Positions 37,877 through 46,034 of a stretch of 64,000 nt of DNA are shown piece after piece (position 1 is the first letter of the stretch; each line of letters opens with the position of its first letter). Below the pieces are notes generated by a model. The model was not told the DNA's origin and did not search any database. It was given only the letters and a program-made list of their open reading frames with translations. The translations under genes were made by a program, and so were the position numbers. Source of the DNA: an archaeon (lineage in GTDB: Archaea; Nanobdellota; Nanobdellia; Pacearchaeales; GW2011-AR1); contig JAACWB010000004.1 of NCBI GenBank assembly GCA_009992215.1, positions 8,006 to 72,005 on the forward strand, written 5' to 3'.

Positions 37877-39739
37877 ATGGCAGGTGATTATACTTTTGGT
37901 GGTGGATACAAAATCAATGATATTTATCAACCGCTTGCATTTACTCCTGGAAAAGACAGTCCTTACTTGGGTCAATCAAATTTAATTTCTTCTGGACAAA
38001 TGGGTATTACAGTTAATCCAACAGTTGTAAATCAACTTGCAGAATTGAGTAAAGCTTTGAATCAAGGTGTTATTCCAATTGAAGTTGGAACACTTAATCC
38101 GGAACATTTTGAAAACATTCCAAAAGAACATTTTCATGAAATGCGTCGAAAAGCACAACTTGCTGGAGCAAAAGTTTCACTTCATGCACCAGTTCAAGGA
38201 ATTGATCCTGCAGGATTTGGACAAAAAGGTTGGGATGCAGATCAACAAAAATTAGTTGAAAATCAACTAAAAGATGTTGTTGAGAAAGCAGGTTATATTG
38301 ACCCCAAAAACAATATGCCCGTTACGATTCACGGTTCAAATTATCATGGTTCTACTTGGAAGTTTAAAATAGATGAAGAAACAGGAAAAAGAAAAAAAGA
38401 TTATGATACTTTAATTGCCGTTGATAAAGAGACTGGTGAAGCAAGACCTGTCAGAGAATCAAGACAATTTTCTCCAGAATTTAATGAAAAGGGAGAAGTT
38501 ATAGAAGATGTCTCTTCTCCAGAAAAAATGCTTAAGGCAGCAAATGCTACTCAATGGAGGAAAGAAGTTGATCAAGTAATTTATCAAAATAAATCTGCAG
38601 ATAAAATTTTAGCAAATGTTCATCCTCAATTAACACATTATTTACAAGCTGTTAAAAGAGACCCGGACCAAATTAATTATTTGGAACCAGAGCACCAAAA
38701 AGCTGTAATGGATTTGCAAGTAGCTGAGGCTTATTTACAAGATGCTAGTTTAGGTGTTAATAGTTTATTTGACAAGGCTTATAGACATGCAAATGATGAA
38801 AATAAGAAAAAACTTGAAGACGCAATAAAAAGATTTCAAAAAAATCAAATGCTTGGTTATACAGAAGAGAAATTAAGATCTTTACCTGAACATGAACAGA
38901 TGGATGCTATTACAAAAATTAATAGTCTAAATACACAATCAAGAGCCATTCAACTTTTTGCTGAAGATATTAGAAAAGCAAATCCAAATATGCTTGTACC
39001 AGTAGAAGAATTTGCAACAAAAAAAGCTGCTGAAACTTTTGCAAATGTCGCACTTCATTCTTACGATAAATACAAGGAAGGTGCACCAGTAATTTCAATT
39101 GAAAATTTGGATCAGGGAAGATTTGGATTTAGTCAAGGGGAAGATTTGAAAAAATTGGTTATTGCATCAAGAGAAGAATTTGAAAAGAAAGCAGTTGAGC
39201 AGGGAAAAATGTCAAAAGCAAAAGCAAAAGAGATGGCAGAAAAATTAATTGGTGTTACTTTTGATGTTGGTCACTTGAATATTTCAAAGAAATTTGGTTA
39301 CACTGATGAAGATTTAGTTAAGGAAGCTGAAAAAGTAAAAGAATATGTTAAACACGTTCACCTAACTGATAATTTTGGTTATGCGGATGTTCACTTACCA
39401 ATTGGTATGGGAAATGTTCCTGTTAAAGAATTATTAGAAGCTTTGGGGGACGAAGGTAAAAGGGCTAGAAAAATTAATGAAGTTGGAGGTTGGATTAATG
39501 CTTTTGGAACAATGCCATACGCACAACTTTTAGAAGCTGCCGGTTCTCCAATTTATTCATCAGGTGAAGGTACAACATGGGCTGGAGCCGCGGGATTTCA
39601 ACAAAGTTATTTAGAAGGTTATGGTCAAATGCTTCCAAGTACACACTATGAAATGTTTGGAGCTGGTTTTTCTAGTTTACCAAAAGAACTTGGTGGACAA
39701 AGAGGACAATCAGGTGGAAGAATGGGCGGAGGATTTTAA
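37877..39739 (+). CDS. large xylose-isomerase-like TIM-barrel protein with a Gly-rich C-terminal tail
   Basis: 620 aa. LHAP and TFDVGHL...HVHLTDNFGYADVHLPIGMG resemble AP-endonuclease-2/sugar-phosphate-isomerase metal-binding motifs. These are split by a roughly 280-aa insertion. C-terminal GGQRGQSGGRMGGGF. Confidence 0.45.
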   Translation: MAGDYTFGGGYKINDIYQPLAFTPGKDSPYLGQSNLISSGQMGITVNPTVVNQLAELSKALNQGVIPIEVGTLNPEHFENIPKEHFHEMRRKAQLAGAKVSLHAPVQGIDPAGFGQKGWDADQQKLVENQLKDVVEKAGYIDPKNNMPVTIHGSNYHGSTWKFKIDEETGKRKKDYDTLIAVDKETGEARPVRESRQFSPEFNEKGEVIEDVSSPEKMLKAANATQWRKEVDQVIYQNKSADKILANVHPQLTHYLQAVKRDPDQINYLEPEHQKAVMDLQVAEAYLQDASLGVNSLFDKAYRHANDENKKKLEDAIKRFQKNQMLGYTEEKLRSLPEHEQMDAITKINSLNTQSRAIQLFAEDIRKANPNMLVPVEEFATKKAAETFANVALHSYDKYKEGAPVISIENLDQGRFGFSQGEDLKKLVIASREEFEKKAVEQGKMSKAKAKEMAEKLIGVTFDVGHLNISKKFGYTDEDLVKEAEKVKEYVKHVHLTDNFGYADVHLPIGMGNVPVKELLEALGDEGKRARKINEVGGWINAFGTMPYAQLLEAAGSPIYSSGEGTTWAGAAGFQQSYLEGYGQMLPSTHYEMFGAGFSSLPKELGGQRGQSGGRMGGGF

Positions 39740-39777
39740 ACAACTTTTAAAAAGTTAAAATATTTAATATTAAAGAG

Positions 39778-40656
39778 GTGAAAATGGTAGAAAAAATAAA
39801 AAAGAAAACTAGTTCTAAAAAATCTAAACATAAATTAGATAAAAAAGAAGAAAAGAAAAAAGAAATTAAGACATTAAAATTAATGACTGATCATGAAATC
39901 ACTGTTGATTTTGCTGCAAAGGTGTACAAACTTTTTGATAAAATAATAAAATCTGTAATTCTTTTTGGTTCGGTTGAGAAAAAAACAATTTCACACAATT
40001 CAGATATTGATATTATTGTTTTAATTGATGATGTTGCGATTAATTGGGATTTAGAACTTACTGCTTGGTACCGTGAAGAACTTGAAAAATTAATGAAAGC
40101 TAATCCTTATCGAGGAAATTTGCATATTAATACAGTTAAGTTGAGTACTTGGTGGGAAGGTTTACTTAGGGGAGACCCTGTTGTGTTGAATGCGATTAGA
40201 CATGGAGAAGTTATTCTTGATCATGCTGGATTTGTTGAACCGTTAAAATTTTTGATGGCACAGGGAAAAATTAAAGGAACTCCTGAAGCAATTTATCAAT
40301 GTTTACAGAGAGCACCAAGCCATATTGCAAGAAGTAAAGCTGCAGAATTGACTGCAATTGATGGACTTTATTGGTCAATGGTTGATTCAGCACATGGAGC
40401 ATTAATTGCTGCTGGATATTTTCCGCCTTCTCCAGAACACGTTATGATTGATTTGAAAGAAGCCTTTGTTGACAGGGGACTCTTAAAGATGAAATATGTT
40501 TTATGGTATAAAGATATTTTTGAATTACATAAGCAAATTGATCACAGAGAAATATATGATTTGAAAGGAATAGAAATTGACATGTGGCAAAAAAGAGCTG
40601 AAGAATTTTTAGAAGTTATGGTTGCTCTTGTTAAAAAAATTGTTGAGAAACAATAA
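39778..40656 (+). CDS. Pol-beta-superfamily nucleotidyltransferase domain protein (paralog of the 46035-47798 protein)
   Basis: 292 aa. K-rich N-terminus, minimal NTase motif ILFGSVEKKTISHNSDIDIIVLIDD, and a downstream helical domain shared with the 587-aa paralog (GDPVVLNAIRHGEVILD / KIKGTPEAI). Confidence 0.5.
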   Translation: MKMVEKIKKKTSSKKSKHKLDKKEEKKKEIKTLKLMTDHEITVDFAAKVYKLFDKIIKSVILFGSVEKKTISHNSDIDIIVLIDDVAINWDLELTAWYREELEKLMKANPYRGNLHINTVKLSTWWEGLLRGDPVVLNAIRHGEVILDHAGFVEPLKFLMAQGKIKGTPEAIYQCLQRAPSHIARSKAAELTAIDGLYWSMVDSAHGALIAAGYFPPSPEHVMIDLKEAFVDRGLLKMKYVLWYKDIFELHKQIDHREIYDLKGIEIDMWQKRAEEFLEVMVALVKKIVEKQ

Positions 40657-40956
40657 TTAACAAAAAGGATTAATTTTTTCGGGAACTACTAAATTGTAAA
40701 AATGTTTTGCTTCTTTGTAAAAAATATGTTCTCTATCAATTAATTCTTCTTTTATTGGAAAAATTGGAGAGGTTGAATCTGAAATATTATATGTTTCAAT
40801 ATTAAATGCGTCTCTATATTTTACAATAATTTTTGCTGTACTTCCTTCTGGAGGAAGCATAAAACCATCTTTGTCATTAATTTTTACCTTTCCAAAAGCC
40901 CATTTATCACTTAGGGAAACTAATTTTTTTAAATCACTCTCTTTTTTGATTATCAT
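40657..40956 (-). CDS. hypothetical protein
   Basis: 99-aa ORF. Confidence 0.3.
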   Translation of the reverse strand: MIIKKESDLKKLVSLSDKWAFGKVKINDKDGFMLPPEGSTAKIIVKYRDAFNIETYNISDSTSPIFPIKEELIDREHIFYKEAKHFYNLVVPEKINPFC

Positions 40957-40957
40957 T

Positions 40958-41587
40958 TTATTGTTTTTTGTTTTCTTCTTCTAACTTTTTTAAATCAGTT
41001 TTAAGAATATTCTCAAGTGTGTCTTTTCTAAATGCAGAATTTTGCATTAATGAATTTGCAATTCCTGTTTGTTGAACATTAAGTAAATAATTTTCTACTA
41101 AGTCTCCATAAAGATTAGCATTTTTTTTGCTGAATTCTGCAAGAGTTAATTCTCTATCTTCTTTAGAAATGTTATTTTCGTGTATATCTTTAATTCCCAT
41201 AAGAGCTGTTAAATCTGTAACTTTAATTCCATTAACTGCAGCTTCGTATTGTTTTTGAATATTTTTTAGATATGCTTTTGGAGAAAACATTTGTGATTCA
41301 TAGATATCTTGTCCTTTTTCAAATTTATTTGCAGCATTTTGTCCAATCATCTGACCTAAAATTTTACCAGTATATGAATCTATATTCTGTAAAGATTTAA
41401 GATAATTAGTTTGAGTTGCTTCTTTTATTGAATTTCCATATTCTCTTTCATTAGTTCCAATTGCAGCAATATAAGAATCATTTACAGATTGACTTGTCAA
41501 GAATCCAAGATTTAATTGTCTTGTAGTTTCTTTTCTTTTTGCTTCAATTTCTTCAGGAGTTTTTTCATTTGCTTTTTCTTCTGTCAT
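40958..41587 (-). CDS. hypothetical protein
   Basis: 209-aa ORF, predicted helical. Confidence 0.35.
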   Translation of the reverse strand: MTEEKANEKTPEEIEAKRKETTRQLNLGFLTSQSVNDSYIAAIGTNEREYGNSIKEATQTNYLKSLQNIDSYTGKILGQMIGQNAANKFEKGQDIYESQMFSPKAYLKNIQKQYEAAVNGIKVTDLTALMGIKDIHENNISKEDRELTLAEFSKKNANLYGDLVENYLLNVQQTGIANSLMQNSAFRKDTLENILKTDLKKLEEENKKQ

Positions 41588-41700
41588 AGATAAGATAAAA
41601 ATTTAAACTATATAAATGTTTTGTTTTGTTATTCCTACATAATGGTGACATTAATATTTTGCATAGAAAAAAATATTTGAATTATTTTAAAAAAATAAAA

Positions 41701-42255
41701 TTATTTAAGAGGTTTCTCTTCTAATTTTGAGTAATCAATTCTAATTTTACAAGGTAATTTTGCCTTTATTTGTTTTAGAACATTTCTTGTGAATTGTACT
41801 GATTTTTCGTTTGGAAGAGCAAGAACAAAAATCTTTGACTCTGGTTTTAAGATTGCTGCTTTACCAGTAGACTTACCAAATGATAATTGCATACCTGTTT
41901 GCATACGGTCAGCACCTGCACCAGTAAGCATTTTGTTTTCTCTTTGAATGTGGTGTGGAAATGGAACTACCTTAAACATGTATTGTCCATTAAATTGTTT
42001 GTCAACTTTTTTATTGATATATTGACGGCAAGCTTCAAAAGCATTGTGTCTAATTTGAACATCTTCAAGAGAAACAACTGTTAAAATGTGAGGTAATTTT
42101 CCTTGATTATATTGAGAAATTTTTCCCATTTCAAATTTTACAATTTTTTGAGGAGGAACTACTTTTACAAAAGATTTTTGTCTTCTTTTAGAAACTCTTG
42201 TATTAGGAGTTACTGATCTTTTTGAATATGCGTTTGCTTTTCTAAGTGATGCCAT
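41701..42255 (-). CDS. rpl10e: 50S ribosomal protein L10e (uL16)
   Basis: 184 aa. MASLRKANAYSKR ... and GAGADRMQTGM, typical of archaeal L10e. Confidence 0.85.
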   Translation of the reverse strand: MASLRKANAYSKRSVTPNTRVSKRRQKSFVKVVPPQKIVKFEMGKISQYNQGKLPHILTVVSLEDVQIRHNAFEACRQYINKKVDKQFNGQYMFKVVPFPHHIQRENKMLTGAGADRMQTGMQLSFGKSTGKAAILKPESKIFVLALPNEKSVQFTRNVLKQIKAKLPCKIRIDYSKLEEKPLK

Positions 42256-42256
42256 T

Positions 42257-42517
42257 TTATTTTATGTCAACATTTGTTGTTACAGCTTGTCCGGGCAACC
42301 CTTTTTCAAAAATAGCTCGAATTACACCTTTGTTTCCATGTGCTGCAGCAACTTTTCCTTTAATTATTTTGCCTGCTGGAGATTTCCATTCTACAGATTT
42401 TCCAACTAATTTAGAAGCGTCTTCTTTAGTCATTACACCATCGACTTCAATTAACATATGTTTCTCTGTTACAGTATGTCTTCCTCTTCTAAATTGTACG
42501 ACTTTTCCAGTTACCAT
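42257..42517 (-). CDS. rpl35ae: 50S ribosomal protein L35Ae (eL33)
   Basis: 86 aa with an L35Ae-like pattern (GKSVEWKSPAGKIIKGKVAAAHGNKGVIRAIF). Confidence 0.75.
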   Translation of the reverse strand: MVTGKVVQFRRGRHTVTEKHMLIEVDGVMTKEDASKLVGKSVEWKSPAGKIIKGKVAAAHGNKGVIRAIFEKGLPGQAVTTNVDIK

Positions 42518-42569
42518 ATGAGTTTACAATAAAATTAGTTTATAAATATTGCGATAAGAATTACAGAAA

Positions 42570-42905
42570 TTATTTCTTAATTCTACCAAAAGTATTAATT
42601 TTGATTTTACGTGTATGTTTGTATTCATTACCTTGGGGAGATATTCCTTTTTCTTGATATTGTAAATGCCAATCGCAAGGAATTACATTATATTTTCCAG
42701 TAACTTTAATTTTCATTTCGTTAACATCCATATAAGGCGTTAATTCTAGATTCTCAAAACTTTTGTGATAATCATTATCCTTCCAATTAGTTAATTTTAA
42801 TTTGTCTAAATCAATTCCTAATGAATCAAAAATTTTCTTTCCTTCTTCAAACGGAATAATTTCATCTTGTTTAAACAAACTATCTATAGCTTTTTTAATT
42901 GTCAT
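42570..42905 (-). CDS. hypothetical protein
   Basis: 111-aa ORF. Confidence 0.35.
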   Translation of the reverse strand: MTIKKAIDSLFKQDEIIPFEEGKKIFDSLGIDLDKLKLTNWKDNDYHKSFENLELTPYMDVNEMKIKVTGKYNVIPCDWHLQYQEKGISPQGNEYKHTRKIKINTFGRIKK

Positions 42906-42946
42906 GAAAGTGTAACCACTAAAGAGTTTATAAATTTTTTCCCATA

Positions 42947-44062
42947 TTAATTTTTCTCTAAAACATAAATCATTCGACCAACGACTTGATTTTCTCTAAA
43001 TTCTGGTAAGCTTTCTCTTACTTCATGATACCCAGTTCTTTCACAAATATTTTCAATATTACAAGATAAACGTTTTTTTCCTATTCGAATATACGGGGAA
43101 GTAAAAACGATTCTACCTTCAACCATCTTTTTTACATTATTTATTACTTGAACAATTAGTTTTTCAAAATCTTTTAATGTGTTTTCAGCCATTCCTTTTG
43201 TTGGAATTTTTTTTAAAATATTTCCTAAATCTGGTTCAGTTGCAACAGCAGTTACAGGAGAAATACTAACTTTTGTTGAATCAAAATGAATTAATTCATA
43301 ACTTTCAGGAGAGAATCCAAACCATTCTAAATTTTTTTGTGCACCTTTTATTGCATCGCCATCATTGTCAACTCCTAATGCAGTCATGTTTTGTAAGAGT
43401 GCTTCTTGCATAATTCCTCCAACTCCACAGAATGGATCAAGTAATTTATCTCCAGTTTTTAATTTTGCCAAATTAATTAAAATTTTTGCTAAACGAGGAG
43501 AAATTGCCAAAGATTCACGTCTCACAGGTTTATTCATGTCTCTATTTTCAATTGATTCATAATCACATTTTTCTGTTATCTTTCCAAAATATTCAATTCC
43601 TTCTTCTTGAAAAATAAAATATTCTTCTTCTATTAATTTTGAAGATGGCTTTTCGTCTTTTTCTCCTTCTTGATTTTTTATTTTTCCTGTTAAGCCTTTG
43701 AAAGTCGCTTTTAATTTTTCTTCTTTGAATCTTTGTTTTAGATATTCTTTTGTTAATTCTCCAATTTCAGAAAAATCCCACAATGTATAAGTTAATTTAT
43801 TATTTTCTCCAAGATAAATCATTATTTTATCTAATTTTTCAAAAATTAATTTTTCAGTTCCAGAAGTTAAAATCTCTCCAATTGAAATTGTTCCGCCTAA
43901 ATAAGTGATTGTGTTTTCTAAAAGAGGGTTTTCTACTTCTACGAGTAAACCATTGTTTACCTGTGTTAATTTTTTTATAGGATTTTCAATCTTGTCTAAA
44001 TATTCTTCAATTTCTGCAATTGATAGTTCGTGATTTCTTCCTAAAATAAATAAGTACTTCAT
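42947..44062 (-). CDS. THUMP-type RNA (guanine-N2) methyltransferase, Trm11/Trm14-like
   Basis: 371 aa. N-terminal THUMP-like region, motif I LDPFCGVGGIMQEA. The D/NPPY motif is degenerate (TEPDLG). Confidence 0.5.
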   Translation of the reverse strand: MKYLFILGRNHELSIAEIEEYLDKIENPIKKLTQVNNGLLVEVENPLLENTITYLGGTISIGEILTSGTEKLIFEKLDKIMIYLGENNKLTYTLWDFSEIGELTKEYLKQRFKEEKLKATFKGLTGKIKNQEGEKDEKPSSKLIEEEYFIFQEEGIEYFGKITEKCDYESIENRDMNKPVRRESLAISPRLAKILINLAKLKTGDKLLDPFCGVGGIMQEALLQNMTALGVDNDGDAIKGAQKNLEWFGFSPESYELIHFDSTKVSISPVTAVATEPDLGNILKKIPTKGMAENTLKDFEKLIVQVINNVKKMVEGRIVFTSPYIRIGKKRLSCNIENICERTGYHEVRESLPEFRENQVVGRMIYVLEKN

Positions 44063-44089
44063 AAAAGAAAAAGTTTATTTCCCTTTTTA

Positions 44090-44440
44090 TTACTTGTTAT
44101 CGATAACTTTTAATCCAGATTCCCTAAATGCTTTTCCAACTCCTGCTGGTCCTAAGTTTATTCCACCATAAATTCTTGCGACAATTAATATATGTGAATT
44201 CAAATTTTTATTTTTTAAAATTTCAAGAAGAATTCTACCAGGATTTCCTACTTCTCCATCATTTTTGAAAGATTCTTCTTTTTCAAAGAAAACCCCATAA
44301 CAAACATGACAGGCTTTTTTATTTTCTGACTTTACAAATTCAATAATTTCTTTTAATTCTTCCAAAGAATTTAATTTGAATAAATAACTAATGAATTTTG
44401 ATTTTTGAGTGGTTGTTTTTGTAGTATTAATTAAATTCAT
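44090..44440 (-). CDS. IMPACT/YigZ (UPF0029) family protein, short form
   Basis: 116 aa. VARIYGGINLGPAGVGKAFRESG matches the UPF0029 RYFGG.KLG.GGL.RAY core. Confidence 0.55.
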   Translation of the reverse strand: MNLINTTKTTTQKSKFISYLFKLNSLEELKEIIEFVKSENKKACHVCYGVFFEKEESFKNDGEVGNPGRILLEILKNKNLNSHILIVARIYGGINLGPAGVGKAFRESGLKVIDNK

Positions 44441-44473
44441 AAAATATTAAAAGAAAGTTTACTTTAAAATTTT

Positions 44474-44701
44474 ATGAATAATAAATATATTGATCTTATT
44501 TACAGAGGAATTCAAAGCTTTGAAAAAGGATTTAATTCACTTTCTTATTTATTTTTTCCAGAACAAAATTATAAAAAAATAGAATTTGAGAGTATTGAAG
44601 AAGGATTCCAGAAAGATAAAGAGGATTTAGCTTCGGATTGGAAAGCAGTGTTAGGTGATTTCTCAAAAATTGAAAAAAATAATTTAGAAAATAAAGTATA
44701 A
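44474..44701 (+). CDS. hypothetical small protein
   Basis: 75-aa ORF. Confidence 0.25.
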   Translation: MNNKYIDLIYRGIQSFEKGFNSLSYLFFPEQNYKKIEFESIEEGFQKDKEDLASDWKAVLGDFSKIEKNNLENKV

Positions 44702-44731
44702 TTTTAAAAATAAAAAAGAATTAATAATAAA

Positions 44732-45199
44732 ATGAAAAAGAAGAAAAGTTTCAAAGATATCTGGGAAGTGATTGAGTTTCCGTTAATTTTCCTTTTGATT
44801 TGGGCACTTCTTAACATGGTTCTTGATTTACAAAATTTAATGGGCAAAGTTTTTTACATGATTATTAGTTGGGCTATTACTATTCTTGTTTTTGGATATG
44901 TTGGTTATCAAGTTGTAAAAAATAAGGAAGATGAAAAAGCTTCGGCAAAACATGGAGCTTATTTGGGAGCTTTTTATGGAATAATTTCTGCAATTATTGG
45001 AATAATTTCATTTTATGTTTTTCCAGAAAAAATAGAAGAAGCTATTAGACTTGCAGCAGAACAAGGAGTTGACCCAAATGTTGTTAGGACGTTTGCAAAG
45101 GTTGGAGTTTATGCAAGTTTGGTTTTTTCACCATTATTCACTGCAGCAATTGGTGCTTTGATTTCTTGGATTAGTGGTTTAATTTTTAAGAAGAAATAA
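44732..45199 (+). CDS. hypothetical membrane protein
   Basis: 155 aa with 4 TM helices. Confidence 0.4.
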   Translation: MKKKKSFKDIWEVIEFPLIFLLIWALLNMVLDLQNLMGKVFYMIISWAITILVFGYVGYQVVKNKEDEKASAKHGAYLGAFYGIISAIIGIISFYVFPEKIEEAIRLAAEQGVDPNVVRTFAKVGVYASLVFSPLFTAAIGALISWISGLIFKKK

Positions 45200-45229
45200 A
45201 TTTACTACAAAAATTTTTAAATAGTTTAC

Positions 45230-45544
45230 TTGTTTAGTAAACCAATGAAAGAGGAAATCACAAGATTTTTTATGGGATTTTATCACGCACTTAATGCAAA
45301 TACTCGTCTAAATCAATTAAATGTGGAAGAACTTAATTCGTATTCTGTTTACTTGACAAAAAAACGAGAAGGGAACGAAGTTCCATTTGGTAAACCTAAA
45401 AAAACAATTGAATCACATTTTGAAAAAATGGGAGAAGAGTATCTAAATGGATTTTTATTTAGTTGTGGAAATGTTGACAAACTAATTCATAAAAATGCGT
45501 ATGATGTTGCCATTAAATTAAAAGAAAAATATTCAAAAAAATAA
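45230..45544 (+). CDS. hypothetical protein
   Basis: 104-aa ORF. Confidence 0.35.
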   Translation: MFSKPMKEEITRFFMGFYHALNANTRLNQLNVEELNSYSVYLTKKREGNEVPFGKPKKTIESHFEKMGEEYLNGFLFSCGNVDKLIHKNAYDVAIKLKEKYSKK

Positions 45545-46033
45545 ATTTAGAGCAATATCTAACCAGATTGTATAATTTTTTGGATTTAATTTAATTTCCT
45601 TCTTTAAAATTTTTGGATTAATCCATTTGTAATCATTTACTTCATTTGGATTTGGATTGATTTTTCCGTCATGAATAGCCTTGAAAACGTGATCAATTTC
45701 ATATTCTGTCAAACCATTTTCAAAATTTATTTTGTAAATAAATTTTCCAATATATTTTAATGGTGCAGAAAAACCCATTTCTTCTGGTAATCTCCTATAA
45801 GCTGCATTAATTGTTTTCTCATTTGGTCTTGGATGAGAACAACAAGTGTTCGCCCAAAGTCCAGGACAATGATATTTTTCAAGTGCTCGTTGCTGAATTA
45901 AAAGTTCTCCTTTGGAATTGAAAACAAAATTTGAAATTGCTCGATGTAAAAGTCCTTTTTTATGAGCGAGGAGTTTTTCTTCTTCTCCAATTTCATTATC
46001 AAATTTATCAACAAGAATTACTTTTTCAATCAT
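45533..46033 (-). CDS. idi: isopentenyl-diphosphate delta-isomerase, type 1 (Nudix fold)
   Basis: 166 aa. LLHRAISNFVFNSKGELLIQQRALEKYHCPGLWANTCCSHP matches the IDI-1 signature (HRAFS.F.FN..g.LL.Q.RA..K..fPg.WtNtcCsHP). Confidence 0.75.
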   Translation of the reverse strand: MIEKVILVDKFDNEIGEEEKLLAHKKGLLHRAISNFVFNSKGELLIQQRALEKYHCPGLWANTCCSHPRPNEKTINAAYRRLPEEMGFSAPLKYIGKFIYKINFENGLTEYEIDHVFKAIHDGKINPNPNEVNDYKWINPKILKKEIKLNPKNYTIWLDIALNLFF

Positions 46034-46034
46034 A

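Noticed and set aside
39778-41587. CBASS-like cyclic-oligonucleotide defence operon around the 292-aa NTase
   Set aside because: The NTase motif is generic to the Pol-beta superfamily, and no effector, CAP or E1/E2/JAB gene is adjacent.
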